From positions 164,300,001-164,364,000 of the forward strand of contig JANJGN010000009.1 of the NCBI GenBank assembly GCA_026770705.1: a stretch of DNA of 64,000 bases. The letters are read 5' to 3'. The DNA is from Isurus oxyrinchus. Taxonomy: Eukaryota. The first letter of the stretch is position 1, and each line of letters opens with the position of its first letter. This document shows positions 48,318 through 62,189 of the stretch, in pieces. The notes beneath the pieces are model-generated. The model had not been told where the DNA came from, did not search any database, and saw only the letters and a program-made list of their open reading frames with translations. Made by a program: the position numbers and the translations under genes.

Positions 48318-51300
48318 GGCTGGGATTTTCCGTGCCCGCCGGTGTCGAGTGTGTTGGGTGGCGTGAGCGGACAATTTGGCGAGGAGGCCAAAAATCAGTT
48401 TCAGGACGTCACGAAACCAGTTTGCGATCGTCTTCTCCGGCCGCCAATAGCTGGCTGCATTTGCCACCATCGGACCATCGGGAACCTCAGTGGAATACAT
48501 CAGCATGTCATTATAAGGCCAGCCCGCCGGAATCGGCCCCCTCCGCTGGACCGTCCGCCCACCAGCAATCGCACTGATGTGTTTCACAACAGCATATAAA
48601 AGGCGTGCACTTGGCAGGCTGCACTTTGAGGGGAACTCGGAGGTGAGTGGACAGTAATGTTGAGGAGTGCTCGCCCGGGTCCCCTGTAGGACGTCATGGT
48701 TGAGACGTGTTGAGAGGGGTGGTGGGCAAGGGCTGCCCTTGCAGTTGAAGGTAGCGCATAAGCACGTGCAGGGTGGGGATGGGTGAGAGAAGCAGCCCCA
48801 TATGAGTGAAACCTTGTATAAAGTGACCATTCCTCTGCAGCTGAGACACTTCAGGTTCAGCCACATTGATATGATTGGAGCGGGGCCTTTAGCTTATCTG
48901 CCCACTCAATCAGCACAGAGGCATCAAAGTGCCACTGAGTGCTCCAGAGTTCTCAGCCCCCGGGCACAGACTCCAAAGTCATGAGCATTTTCGTGGACTG
49001 CAGAGCATTTGGACGACTGGGCACAATGTACAATCTCCTCGCTAAAGCTGGACATGGAGCAGTCACTGCTGGAGGTGCTCACAGCCCCTTGTAATGTCAT
49101 CATCCCGGTTTGGGCCAGTCTCCCTCATGGTTCAAGCTAACAGGGCAGCCTTGCAGCGCAGGTTAGGAGAATGCCTGTGCCTGAGCTGAGAGCACAGCCT
49201 GCAGACCAATCGGCAAAGCTGCTGCCAAACGTTTGGTGGAACGGGGCGGAGGTGGGCGGGGTTTTGGGCAGCCATGCAGCGCACTAATCTCTGGCCATCC
49301 AAGTGCTGGCCAGCACTCTCCGGGATGCGCTAAGGAGCCTTCAGACTGAACCAAGTCAGGTTCTGAGTACACCCATGCTAAGCCGCAAGTCTCACTCTCA
49401 TCCTGCAGGAGGTGTACATCAGGATCACGGAGTCTGGTGACCTAGCTGTACACCTGGTGGCTTACAGAGAGCGAAGACAATGGAGAAGAGAACGACTGAT
49501 GCGCCTAACTGCCCAGCGGGAGAGGTAGCACCCTCTGGAAGAATGGGCAGCTAGAGAGCCACAGCGAGCTGTCGCTGGTCAGTGCCGAGCTAGACCGAGG
49601 CTCTACCGGCACCGCCTCTCATTCCTGCAGGTGACTGAGAACCAGTGTCGCTGAAGACTGCGCATGTCCAGGGAACAGGGTGATCACATCTGCCACCTGC
49701 TGCAGGATTTGGTGTCCCGGGGATATGGAGGGCACCCACTGCCAGTGGCTGTGAAAGCGACAGCGGCGCTCAATTTCTACGCCAGTGGTTCCTTTCAGTG
49801 ATCCACAGGTCACCTCTGGGGCACATCACAAGCCTCCAACCACAATTACACCCATGAGGTCACAGATGCCATCCTTGCGAGGTCACACAACTTTGAGCAT
49901 TTTGCCCATGGCCAGGGCAGCCAGGATACAAGAGCAATTGGATTTGCCCAGATTTTGGGTTTCCCACGGGTGCAGGGTGCCATCGACTGCTCTCACGTGG
50001 TGCTCAGATCTCCATCACAACAGACAGTCAACTATATAAACCGCAAGGGCTTTCATTCTCTGAATGCGGAATTGGTGTGCGACCACCACTAATGCATCCG
50101 GCAGGTCAGTTGGTCACAGATCCCTGACGTCTTCCAGAGTCCACAGGAGCTGCAGGGTTGGCTCCTCGGGGACAAGGGCCACCCACAGAGGCCGTGGCTG
50201 TTGACACCCGTGTGGTGGCCTCAGACTTCAGCAGAGTGACGGTATAATGAGGCTCATGCTGCAACTCACAACTTGGTGGAGCAGACCATCGGGATGCTGA
50301 AAATGAGGTTCCGGTGCCTGGACTGGTCTGGTGGAGCCCTGCAGTATAGTTCACAAAGGGTGTCACACATCGTCATCGTCCACTGTGCCCTTTACAACCT
50401 GGCGCTGCAACGGGAAGAAGAGCTGGCTGAGGAGGAGATGGAGGGAGCTGAAGGTCTCCTCCAATGAGGAGGATGTCAACGGGGATAAGGGTGAGGAGGC
50501 CCTCAGAGGGGACAATGATGGAGATGAGGCCCTCGCAATGGCCAGGCAAGGCAGGTGCGCTAGGGAGGCCCTCATGGCTGCTAGATTTGTGGCGGTTGAT
50601 GATGACATGCAGTGAGGGCACTCCATACATCTTCACATAGCCTCTGAGAATGTCCTGTCTGGCCGAGGGCAGCTCACGTGTGGTCTGTCAGCAGGGTCAA
50701 ATCATAGAGACGAAGCCATGAAACATTAGCAGCATTTGATCCTTTGTCAGCCTTCAGCACCTGAACCCTTCAGGAGCAAAGCATCACTGGTCACAGATGC
50801 TGAAGAGATGGGGGCCAACCCCATCTTAAGGGTGCTTAGAGCACACATGGAGAATCTCAGAACTCTGTGGGGCCTGCCCACAACATTCTGGCAGCAATGT
50901 CAAGCACCGCCAAGGTGCAGGCATCAGTAACGTACCCGGGGAGTGTGAGGCCGGACAATCACTGTGGTCTGAAGGATACACAGAGCACAGGGAAGAGGCC
51001 CTGGACAGAGACACTTGCCTTTATCTTGTGCAGAAAGTGTTCACATCTGGGTGACATGAACATTGCTCATCAGAACAAGGAGCTACAGGCAGGGAGACAT
51101 TCTTGGGAGTTTATTGACAATAGTGAACTGTGTGTACAAGTAATGAACATCCGTGCCCAGGCTGAATAACTACATTTTCTTAACTTTCCTAAACCTGCCA
51201 CTGCATCTTGGTGCTCCCTGGACATCCACAGCAGAGCCGGAGGCAGCCTGCTGACTGCTATACCCTGTCTGTGATGACTTTGGTGGGCATCTTCTGGAGG

Positions 51301-52750
51301 GCCAAGACCTGGGGGGCCCCGGCCTGCTTTTGGGGTCCTGCTGTGTAGCGCTGGCACTCTCCTCGGCCTGTGGAGCTGGAGCTGCCGAGGTCACAGGAAG
51401 AGGGGATTTGGATGGGCTGAACACTCCTGGATTCACCTGGGTTGATGGACCCAGAGGGGACACCTGCAGATCCTCTTCCCTATGGGTGCCCGGGGGCTCG
51501 TGGCTGACTTCTTGAGGAGCAGGGGTAGCTGGAGTGAGATCGAGCTGCCTGCACCCCTCTTGCATACACACTGTTCAACGCCAACTATGGCATCAGTGAT
51601 GAAGTTCAGCCTACACAGCAGCGCAGGAGCAATATTCTGGACCAAGATCTCCATGACGGCCATCATCCTGCCAATGTTGGCCTCAGTGAGCTGGCATTAC
51701 AGCCTGAAGGTTGACAGACTCCTCCATTGTGTCTAAACAATCTGAGGACTGCAGCGGGCATCCCTTCCTGATGTTCCTGAACTTGCCTTTGCAGCTCCAG
51801 CAACTGTGACATAACCGAGCCCAGAGGCTCGTCATCTGACTCAGACTCACCAAATTTCTGGCCTCCAGCAGTCCTCCGAGTGCCACACACCTATTGGAAA
51901 CTATTGGAAGCAATTCTGAGGGACAGAATTAATCTACACTTGGAGAGGCAGGGATTAATCAAGGACAGTCAGCATGGTTTTGTTAAGGGGAGGTCATGTC
52001 TGACCAATTTGATTGAATTTTTCGAAGGGGTGACCAGGTGTGTAGATGAGGGCAATGCATTTGACGTAGTCTACTTGGACTTCAGCAAGGCTTTTGATAA
52101 GGTCCCATGGACGGGATGAAGATAATGAAGGTGTGGGAGAGAGAGTGACTGTTGATCTCCCTTGAACTAGTGACAAGCAAGAGTCCTATGGATGTGTGAT
52201 GGGTTTGTGAGTGTGTGAGCTGAGAGTGATGACTCACCCTGGCGAAACAGAGGAGCTCAATCATCCTCTTGCAGCACTGGGTGGCTGTCCTCTTTTGAAG
52301 GGCATTGGCGCTGACCACCACTGCCACTGCCTCCCAAGCCTGGTTGGTCATGACACTGCCCATCCTGCAGCCAGAGCGTGGGTAGAGGACATCACAGCAG
52401 GCCTCCACAGCACCCAATAGGCATTCCAGTGGCGTGTCACTAAACCTGGGGGCTGCAGTCTTTTTGCTTTTCATGGACATCTTTCCTGCAGTAGTCCTGG
52501 GCTGGAAGAACAGAGATGTGCGCGCACGGCTGGACTTAAAATATGGTGCCCGGTGTAATGAAGCAGCGAGGCGATGGTGTGGCGGGCGAATGAGAGCTCG
52601 CCGGCCATGGAGACAGCATGTTTCCTGGGGAATGCATAATTAACGCTACAGGTTTGGGACGAAATAGCTGCCGTTGCAGCCAACAGATTAAACGTCATTT
52701 TACCCGGCCACCAACACACTTTGTGCAAACCTGGGACAATTTCACCCCCC
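48318..52750 (+). mobile_element. PIF/Harbinger transposon: HARBI1-like transposase (+, ~49400-50615) and convergent Myb/SANT gene (-, ~51170-52480), both disabled
   Basis: Transposase: ALNFYASGSFQ, VQGAIDCSHV, YINRKGFHSLN, WLLGDKG, VEQTIGMLKMRFRCLD, CALYNLA. Myb: APRFSD..LE.LL..V...LYP...AWEAVA..VSA...RT..QC.KR..L. Confidence 0.9.
51890..52110 (+). mobile_element. Internal CR1 RT fragment embedded in the Harbinger Myb gene
   Basis: KLLEAILRDRI...SQHGFVKGRSCLTNL...DFSKAFDKVP. Confidence 0.85.
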
Positions 52751-53199
52751 TATCTTCAACCTCCAATGCTGGTTGACTATTGTGATTTGATTTTACGTCT
52801 TTTACGACAGGAAGAACTTCAAGTGATCGGAATCTGAGCCACCCAGCGCCAATGCGTACTGAAGCACACGCTGTTTCAAGTTGTGAGCCAGAAACTGTGG
52901 GTGTCATCTGTCAAACGCATTTCAGGCACATGACTTTGAGCTCGGACTGAAAGGAGGCTTTAATCACATGGTGCAGATTTGGACTCAAGGACTAGTGCCA
53001 GCTAAATAATGGCAGCAAATTAATTCACTTTGCTGCAATGTCACATTAGCTCTTCTTGGTTTCTTGGGTAGTCATTTTATATCACATAAAAGTCGCAGTT
53101 CTATCGCTTGAATTCCAATTTAAAAAATCAAACACAATACTTCTGCCGATTAGCAATAGATAAATCTAAGGGTTAACTGCTGTAAAAGGAAAAGAAAGA

Positions 53200-53625
53200 T
53201 TGGCACTTAATTACGTAGCATCTATCGTTATCACCGGACATCCCAAAGCACTTTACAGTCAATTAAACACTTTTTATTAAAGCATAGTCACTGTTATAAT
53301 GTAGGAAACACTGCGGCCAACTTGTACACAGCAAACTCCTACAAACAGTAATGCAATAATGACCAATAATCTGTATTTCTGATGTTGATTGAGGGATAAA
53401 TATTATCCAGCGCACTGGGGATATCTTCCACAAAGTGCAATGAGATCTTTTACGGCCATCTCCAAAGACAGTAAGAGCAGTCACATCCAAAAAACTTCAC
53501 CTCTGACACTGCAGCACTCCCACAGTACTACACTGAAGCATCAGCCTTGATTTCTGTACTCAAGTCCTGGAGTGGGACTACAGCCTTTTGACTCAGATGT
53601 GAGAATGCTGCAGCTGACACAGCCT
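53200..53625 (-). mobile_element. Deu-domain SINE upstream of gene 2
   Basis: Homologous to 200-610. Confidence 0.65.
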
Positions 53626-54149
53626 GTGCATTTTGCTTTCTAAAAACTCCCATCAAGGCTTTCAGAGTACTGAAGTTGTGCTTCTAATTTTGAATAAATT
53701 ATCCCAAGGAGGAAAATGGCGAGAAGCGAATTAAACGCATCACAAAGCACATTTTATGGAATACACTGTACAGAATCTAAATGGTTTAATAGAGATTGCA
53801 AAAAGCTGTACAATTTTAACACTACCCACAACAATCATTCTGTCACTAACAATTAAACAGTTGATCCAATGCTTCAAACAACACTAAGAAATAAAACAAT
53901 TAGGCTTTTATATAGCACCAGAGTGTTGTACCATGAATGCATTGGTACTTATTTATTCAAACTAGACATGTTGTAAGGTCTGAGGGTGTCACAACTGAAA
54001 ACTGTCCTTTCTATTCTCAGCAATAGTCGTGGTCATGATCTCACGAGCGTTAAAGGGAAGGAAATGACTGGTTAGATGCTGCAGTACAGAAGCAGGGCCA
54101 CTGAAGTAAAGATCTGTGCGTGGAACATTAGTTGTAAAACATTAAAACA

Positions 54150-54189
54150 ATGGGTTTTACCCTTCTCCTGTCCGTTGCTTTCCTATCAG
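54150..54189 (+). CDS. Gene 2 exon 1 (signal peptide MGFTLLLSVAFLS)
   Basis: acaATGG; 40 nt; TCAG|gtaaga. Confidence 0.82.
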
Positions 54190-57100
54190 GTAAGAAAATA
54201 TTGGTCTCCTTCGGATTTTGAAAGTAATAGAAATGTGTAGTTACGTCAGTCTGACCAGAAATGTAATCTGATGAAAACCTTGTGACATTGTTCACCTGCT
54301 AAGAAATATCTTCTGCTTGACAAGCCACAATTATTATTCAAGATCAACATTGATTGTCTTTTGAGAAAAGGATAAATATATGTCTCCTATTTCACACAAC
54401 AATTAATGCAACGGAACCTCATTTTAACAAACTCAAGCCTCCTGCTTTAATGATCATTTTCTTTAGTCTTGATTGGTGTGAAACTAGAAATCCAAACCTG
54501 GAAATGGTGAATTTTCTGATCAGACAAGTTAACTTTCTGCTCATGTTGAATTTGTAACAACTGGACTTTACACTTAGTGCTGATCAAGCCTCTTTAAATG
54601 TACTGGCTTGTTCAATTGATCATTCTCATTATTTATAGCATTTTAGATGAGAAATATCAACTAATTTTGAGTTAGAGCTTTAATGCAGAGGTTTGTTTAA
54701 CATCAACATATCAGCAAAATGTGGAAGAATATTAAGTGAAAATGAGATATTATATTGTAATCATTTGGAATCTTTTGAATGTTTCACTTCCTGTAACTCC
54801 CACAAAGGCCAAAACAAAGAAGGAGGAAGTTTTTAAAAATTTTTGTTATATGTTTTAATCACTGTTACTAATGTTGAGATTTTAATCACCAACATTTGAA
54901 TAAACTTTCCAACGCAAAGTGGCAACAAAATCTGACCTGGTGAGAAATTCCTGTCTTCGGGGTTTCAAATAGACATGTCACCATATATATAAACAGAGCA
55001 ATGCAGCTTTATGCTGGTGTTGACTAAAAGGGGAATTTCAGCCACTTGTGTTACATAGGCAGAATCTTGCAACTAATCAGTGCAACAGTTGCAAGCTCCT
55101 GACTTCTTAGTTATAGTTCTGACTGATTTATTTAAATGACTCTTTTTACGTAATGAAATATTTGCACGATTGATAACAAGTAATGTTTGTTTATATTTTG
55201 CACTATCGGGATATGCTTAACAAACAAGAGGACTCCATTTTGGCCCCATTCCAATCTTCTATATGTCTGTGGAGCGGTTCCCCCATGTCCCAACCCCCAC
55301 CCTTTCCAGCGCGGTATTCCAAGACCTCCACCAGAAATGGAATTCTTACTTACGTAAAAGAAACCACGACCCACCCCCACTCCCTCGCCGCACTGGGTGT
55401 CTTGCACTGCCATTTTCCTCTGCCCAGCTATATAATCCAGCGAAGCTCCCTCCATCAGAAAATATGAATTGCAGCAATGGCCTTTAAAGAATGGCAGACA
55501 CATACATTGTGTCATCATTCTTTCTCCATAACCCTGGTTCTCCTACCTTCACCTAAATGTAAGCGGGACTCATTCCAATGTCCTGAAAGACCCAGAGCAT
55601 TGCTGACCCACTTTAAATAAAGTTGGGACAGGGGTCACAACATCGAGGCAAAATACATAGATGAGAAGTTCTCAAGAAGTCAGGATAGAAGGAGACTTCA
55701 ATAACTTGAAAATCAATTCAAAAATAATGAATAAATAATTTTTGCTTTATAGGAAAGGTGAAGTGTTCTTTCTATGGATTGTCCATTTAGGTTTTTATAA
55801 TTATTGAGAAACTAAGATACAGAACTGAGGTCTACATCACCACAGAAAAAAAAACAAACCAAAACCATTCCACAGACTTCACCCATGTGCGTTGTAAAGA
55901 TGACAAAGGATGTAGTGAGCTTCAGGTGTGGTCAATACACCTCCTTTCAATGCCAACAGCAGCACCCTCTCCCAAGCTAACTTGCCCAGCACTGAGACAT
56001 TAATCACTCAAAACCAGCTCCAGTGGGCGGGAAATGCCATTCGTATGCCCAACACCAACCTCCTGAAGCAACTGTTCCACTCAGAACTTGGTCACAGCAG
56101 GAAGCTCCCAAGGCCGATAGCGGAAAGACTTTAGGGAGTCTTCAAAATACCCCTGAAGAGGTCAAACACCTCTGCTGGCTCATGGGAAACCCTGGCTTGT
56201 GACCAACCAAAATGGAGAAGGTTTGTTCAAGAAGGCACCGAACACGTTCAAGAGATTTGGTCAAGGATGTGAAGAGGCGAAGTCAAGGCATCAGAAGGAG
56301 CACACAAACCTCCAAACAATACATCTACCCAACCTTTGAAGCAGAACCTACTCTGCATGTGGCAGCATCTGCAGATCTCGCATTGGACTTATCAGCCATC
56401 TCAGAACCCATCAAACTGGAGTGGAAGCAAGTCATCCTCAATCCTGAGGGACTGCCTAAGGGGGGGAGAGATGATACACCGCTCTCTGAAAACCCCTCAG
56501 ATTGCACTTTGGTGTAACCCACAGTAGCCTGTGATGGCTAAGTTCACAGCCATTATTACAGTGGGTTGCATCAGTGCCTGGAACAGCAGCAACTAACTGA
56601 GAAGGTCTGATTCCAACATGGATATAGATGTTATAATTAACCACACAAACAGCCTCACTTACTGTTTGTTGAACCCAGTAAGGGGAAATCTGAGAATGAT
56701 TGAGAAGGAACAAACTGTTCTGCAAAACACCACATCTAACTCCTATAATTTAAATTATGTTTCAGATCACATCTCACAAAATCTTCCCAGGTATACCTCC
56801 CAACCAAAACTTTCATAAATGTACCACTTATTCGCTCTCTCATTTATTCCCACTCCATCTGCCCCAGGATTGGGAGTGGTTTAGAATTCAGCAAAGGAGG
56901 ACCAAGAGACTGATTAAGAGGGGAAAAATAGAGTATGAAAATGAACTTGCAAAGAACATAAAAGCGGACTATAAAAGCTTCAATATGTATGTAAAACGAA
57001 AAAGATTAGTGAAGACAAATGTAGGTTCCTTGCAGTCCATATCTGGAGAATTTATAATAGAGAACAAGGAAATGGCAGAACAATGAAGCAACTACTTTAG

Positions 57101-60100
57101 TCCTGTCTTCAAAGAGGAACATAAATAATTTCCAAGAAATACTAGGGAACCAAGGGTCTAGTGAGAAGGAGGAATTGAAGGAAATTAGTATTACTAAAAC
57201 AATAACGCTGGAGAAATTAATGGGACTGAAAGCCAATAAATCTCCAGGACCCAATAATCCACATCCCAGGGTACTAGAGGAGGTGGCCATGGATATAGTG
57301 GATGTGTTGGTTGTCATCTTCCAAAATTCTGTAGATTCTGGAACAGTCCCGATAGATTGGAGGATAACAATTGCAACCCCACTATTTAAAAGGGACGGAG
57401 GGAGAAAACAGGGAATTACAGACCAGTTAGCGTAACATCAGTTGTAGGAAAAATGCTAGAGTCTATTATAAAGGATGTGATAACAGGACACTTACAAAAT
57501 ATCAACAGGATTAGACAAAGTCAACACAGATTTATAAAAGGGAAATCATGTTTGACAAACCTACAGGAGTTTTTTGAGGACATAGCTAGCAGAATAGGTA
57601 AGGGAGAACCAATGGATGTGGTGTATTTGGATTTTCAGGAAGCTTTTGATAAAGTTCCACATAAGAGGTTAGTGTGTAAAATTAAATCACATGGGATTGT
57701 GGGTAATATATTGGCATGGATTGAGAATTGGTTAGCAGACAGGAAACGGAGAGTAGGAATAAATGGGTCTTTTTTGGTGTGGCAGGTGGTGACAAGTGGG
57801 GTGCTGCATGGATCAGTGCTTGGGCCCCAGCTATTCACAATATATATCAATGATTTGGATGAGGGAAGCAAATATAATATTTCCAAGTTTGCTGACAACA
57901 CAAAACTTGATGGGAATGTGACCGATGAGGGTGTTAAGAGGCTTCAAGATGATTTAGACAGATTGAGTGAGTGGGTACATACATGGCAGATGCAGTATAA
58001 CATGGATAAGTGTGAAGTCATCCACTTATGTAGGAGAAACAGAATGGCAGAGGAGTATTTAAATGGTGATAGATTGGGAAATGTTGATGTACAAAGGGAC
58101 CTGGGTGTCCTTGTACACCAACCACTGAAAGCAAGCACGTAGTTTCAGCAAGCAGTTAAAAAGGCAAATGATATGTTAGCCTTCATTGTGAGAAGAATAA
58201 GGGAGCAGGGATGTCTTACTGCAGCTGTGTAGGTTCTTGGTGAGACCACACCTAGAGTATTGTGTGCAGTTTTGGTCTCCTTACCTAAGAAGGGATATAC
58301 TTGCCATAGAGGGAGTGCAGCAAAGGTTCACTAGACTGGTTCTTGGGGTGGCAGGATTGTCGTATGAGGAGAGATTGGGCCAACTAGGCCTATATTCACT
58401 GGAATTTAGAAGGATGAGAGGAGATCTCATTGAAACATATAAAATTCTGTCAGGGATGGACTGACTGGACGCAGGGATGATAATTCCTCTGGCGGGGGCG
58501 GGGGGGGGGTGGTGTCTAGAACAAGGGGTCACAATCTCAGAATATTAGGTAGACCATTTAGGACTGAGATGAGGAGAAACCTCTTCACTCAAAGGGTGGT
58601 GAACCTATGAAATTCTCTAGCACAGAGGCTGGTCACAGAATATAATTAAGAAGGAAATAGATAGATTTCTGGACTCTAAAGTCATCAAGAGGTAAGAGGA
58701 GAGCACAGGAGTATGGCGTTGAGATGGAGGATCAGCCATGATCATATTGAATGGCGAAGCAGGCTCAAAGGGCTGAGTGGCCTACTCCTGCTCCTATTTT
58801 CTATGTTTCCAAGTTTCTTCCCCTGCAGGGCCAACTTAATCATTTTAGATCTGTCTCTACTCCCTCCCTCCCACCAAATTCTGTTTCTGTTATGCCAGTT
58901 CCATTGCCTTCTTCTTCACAGCAAAATGGCTTCAGTCCTATTGTTCTACATGTCTGAAGTCTTATGTCCTGCTGCAACATATCTTCTCATTATCTCTTAG
59001 TCTGATAAAGTACCACTTAACAGGCTTGTCAGCAAAGTGAAAGTCCATCGAATAAAAGGGACAGCAGCAGCATGGGTACGAAGTTGGTTGAGTGACAGGG
59101 AAGACAGCAGCACTGAATGGCTGTTTTACAAATTGGAGGAAGGTACATAAGGGATTCCACAGTGGTCAGTGTTTTTACACTACTTTCCTTGATTTATGCA
59201 ATGCAGACTTGGGTGTGACAGGCACAATTTCAAAATTTGCAAATGACACGAACCTTGGAAGTGTTGTGAACTGTGAAGAGGATAGTGATAGACTTCAGTT
59301 AGAGAGTATGATGGAATGGGCAAACAATTGGCAAATGCAATTTAATGCAGAAGAGTGGGAAGTGATTCATTTTGATAGGGAAAACAAGGAGAGGCAATAT
59401 AAAATAAAGTATACAATTCTGAAGATGTTGCAGGAGAAGAGGACCTGGGGGTAAATGTGTACAAATCATTGACTGTGGCAGGTAAGGTTGAGAAAGTGAT
59501 TATAAGGCCTTCATAATTACAGGCATAGTGTGCAAAAGCAAAAGAGTTATGCTGAACCTTAAGAAAACATTGGTTCAGCCTCAACTCATGTCCAATTCTG
59601 GGCATCAGGATTTAGAAAGGATGTGAAGGCATTTAAGAGAGTGCACAAAACATTTACAGGGTTAAGTGACCTCAGTTACGTGGATAAATTGGAGAAGCTA
59701 GGTCTGTTCTCCTTTAAAAGATTGAGCAGAGGTTAGAGAGGGGTGCTCAAAATTATGAGGGGTCTAGACAGAGCACATATAGAGAAACTGTACCCTTTGG
59801 CGCAAGAGTTAATGAACGCAAAAGGTCATGGTGTAAAACTGTTTTATGCAGCAAGTGGTGAGGATCTAGAAAGCATTAGTTGACAGCGTATTAGAGGCTT
59901 TCAAAAGGAAACTGGATAATTATCTAAAAAAAAAAAGAATTGCAGGACTATGAGGTGAGGGTGGAGCAGTGGGACTAGTTGAGCTGCAGTGAGCCAGCAC
60001 AGTCTGGGCCGAATGGCCTCCTTCTGTGTTGTAATCATGCAACAACATAATATGAAGCTTCTAAAGCCTCACACCGAAAGTCTAACGTTATGGTACAGTG

Positions 60101-61713
60101 GTGCTAAAGATTTAGTGCATAAGGCAGATCGCCTCACTCTAATTTGGGGCTATTAGTTTTGTTGCCCCCCCCCCCCCACCTCCAGTGCTTTTCAAAATTA
60201 AACTGGAGAAACAGCAGGATCAAGGAAATCAAATGGAGCCTCATTTTAGCACTCGCGCTAAGAGTCGATCATGTACCTAACAATACGTTCAATGCCCTTG
60301 CAGCATTCCTCTAACACAAGAACTCTCACTATCATGAACTTTCCACTTTTAGCCCCAGGGGCAAACTCTAATCTCTTGCTACTTTCCTCATACCTTGCCC
60401 CATTCTCGAAAAATATGGGTTCACTGCTCTACCATCTAGCCTCTCACTCCTACTGAAATTTATGCCACCTGTTTCGGTCTCATTCATATATGTTGCATCA
60501 GTTGCATAGGTTTTGGGCATATTTTCAACTCTGGACCCATTACAACTTCAATTGGTCCAGAATGCGATTTTGGATCCCAGGACAAACTCTACCCCCAGAT
60601 GTTCCAACGAGGCCCCTACCCACAGCTTCTTTGAAATCCATGTGCAATTTGGAATCTCCCAGTCGCCCTCTCCCCACCAATGTCTGATCCAAATCCCCTT
60701 CGCCAACCCAGTACATTTATGTTTCTTGCTGTGCCTTTCCCACTAAACATGTGAAAGAAACAGAACTTGGTAAACTGCTAACAAACACGTAGATACGAGG
60801 GGCAATACTGAAGCCAGAGGGTGTTAGTGAACAAAAAACAGACAACTACTGGCAAAACAATGAGGGAGCCAGTCAGAGAGAATAAAGGAGTGAAAAGCCA
60901 ACAAAGAGCCAAAGGTCCCAGGAAAAACAAATGAGTGGAACGCTTAAGAGAGAAAGGAACAAATTTTAATTTTTTTATGCTTCTGTGAAATGTTTAACTT
61001 TAAAGTTTATTATATTTTCACACTTACAGTCGCGCACGCTTCAATACACGGGCCAAGCTCAAAAGATGCCACAGTGGGAGAATCATTCGAACTCACATGC
61101 AATTTCGACACATCTTATCACGATTATCAGAAGTATTGGTGCAGAGGCTACTACCAGAGGAGCTGTAATGTTTTAGTACAAACCCAAGGCTCTGAAAGGA
61201 AAAGCCAAGACGGCAGAATAAAAGTGAGAGCTGATAATGTAAAAGGAGAACTTAGGGTATATATGGAGCAAATAACAGAAAACGATAAGGGGTGGTACTG
61301 GTGTGGAATAGCAAGAAACCACAATCTGGATCTACTAAGTCCCATAAAACTTAACGTTGTTCAAGGTAGGACACAAATATATGTTTATTTGCGTGTATAT
61401 ATTTAATGATATATTTATATTATACAACAGGTTTATATAATTTGATGCAGACCTTGGTACATATTTTCAAAATCTCCAAGATCCTGATTTCTCAGTCAGG
61501 TGTTAAAATTTTGTTAAAAAGCTAGGACAATATTGTAAAACTACGTGCTATGTTTTGATCATTCTACGAAATGCAGAATTTCAATCAGCAATCCCTGCAA
61601 ATGTATCTTGATAATGAATCTGTAACATGAGGCTAGTAAATTATCAAATAATATTTTTGTACATCATTTTGAACAGCTCCAAAGTCACTTACTATGGACA
61701 AGGAAAGACTAAG
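54150..61713 (+). CDS. Gene 2: CD300/CMRF35/pIgR-like paralogue, partial; join(54150..54189,61030..61365,61677..61713); TM exon presumably beyond window
   Basis: Same exon phases and near-identical exon sizes as gene 1. Product: MGFTLLLSVAFLS-VAHASIHGP...LTC...KYWCRGYYQRSC...DKGWYWCG...LLSPIKLNVVQ-APKSLTMDKERLR. Confidence 0.85.
55930..56460 (+). mobile_element. RTE-clade LINE 3' fragment
   Basis: LSQANLPS.E.LI...QLQWAG..IRM....L.KQLF.SEL, the typical RTE C-terminal region. Confidence 0.75.
56865..58810 (+). mobile_element. 5'-truncated CR1 LINE (gene 2 intron 1)
   Basis: ORF 57453..58142 carries RT motifs; RPHLEYCVQFWSP; tail ttctatgtttc. Confidence 0.95.
59000..60040 (+). mobile_element. 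Older CR1 LINE fragment
   Basis: ISKFANDT, WQMQFNAE.WEVIHF. Confidence 0.8.
61030..61365 (+). CDS. Gene 2 exon 2 (IgV domain)
   Basis: 336-nt phase-1/1 exon, ttacag|...G|gtagg. KYWC-x7-C and DKGWYWCG; lies inside ORF 60990..61406. Confidence 0.93.
61677..61713 (+). CDS. Gene 2 exon 3 (stalk APKSLTMDKERLR)
   Basis: gaacag| and AG|gtaaat; homologous to gene 1 exon 3. Confidence 0.82.
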
Positions 61714-62189
61714 GTAAATGACAAATGCATTTGAACTAGTATACTCTGAGCTTTTTTTTACTTATATCTGCACTAGTGTAATAATGAGAAATGTCCGTTT
61801 GCCATATGCGAGATTGTGCTTTTGTTGTTCTGGTGAAGTTTAGGTAGACATTTCCCCTAGATGAGGAATGTCAATGATGTAGAGTGAACATCCCTTTCAG
61901 CATCAACACCAGCTTAAATTGTTCTTGAATTTCCTGGGTGTTGCTCCCAATCCACTAGTGCAACTTCGGCAGAGGTTCAATGGAAAATTCTTGTTCTCGT
62001 GTATGAACAATTTTCCTGATGAAGCAACAGCGCTGAAGGAATTCACCCCTTAGACTCCGAAGGCAACTTCCTCCTCAATTTCCTTCCTCAATTTGTTGAC
62101 AACAAATTGTCAACAAGTGCTGAAAAACGGGTGTTGTGCACCAGGCTTAGGCTAATCAAACTCAAACCTTTCGAGTATTGTTTTAAATG

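Noticed and set aside
49400-50615. Domesticated HARBI1-like host gene
   Set aside because: Multiple stops and frameshifts, and paired with a Myb gene inside TE-like ends; a dead transposon.
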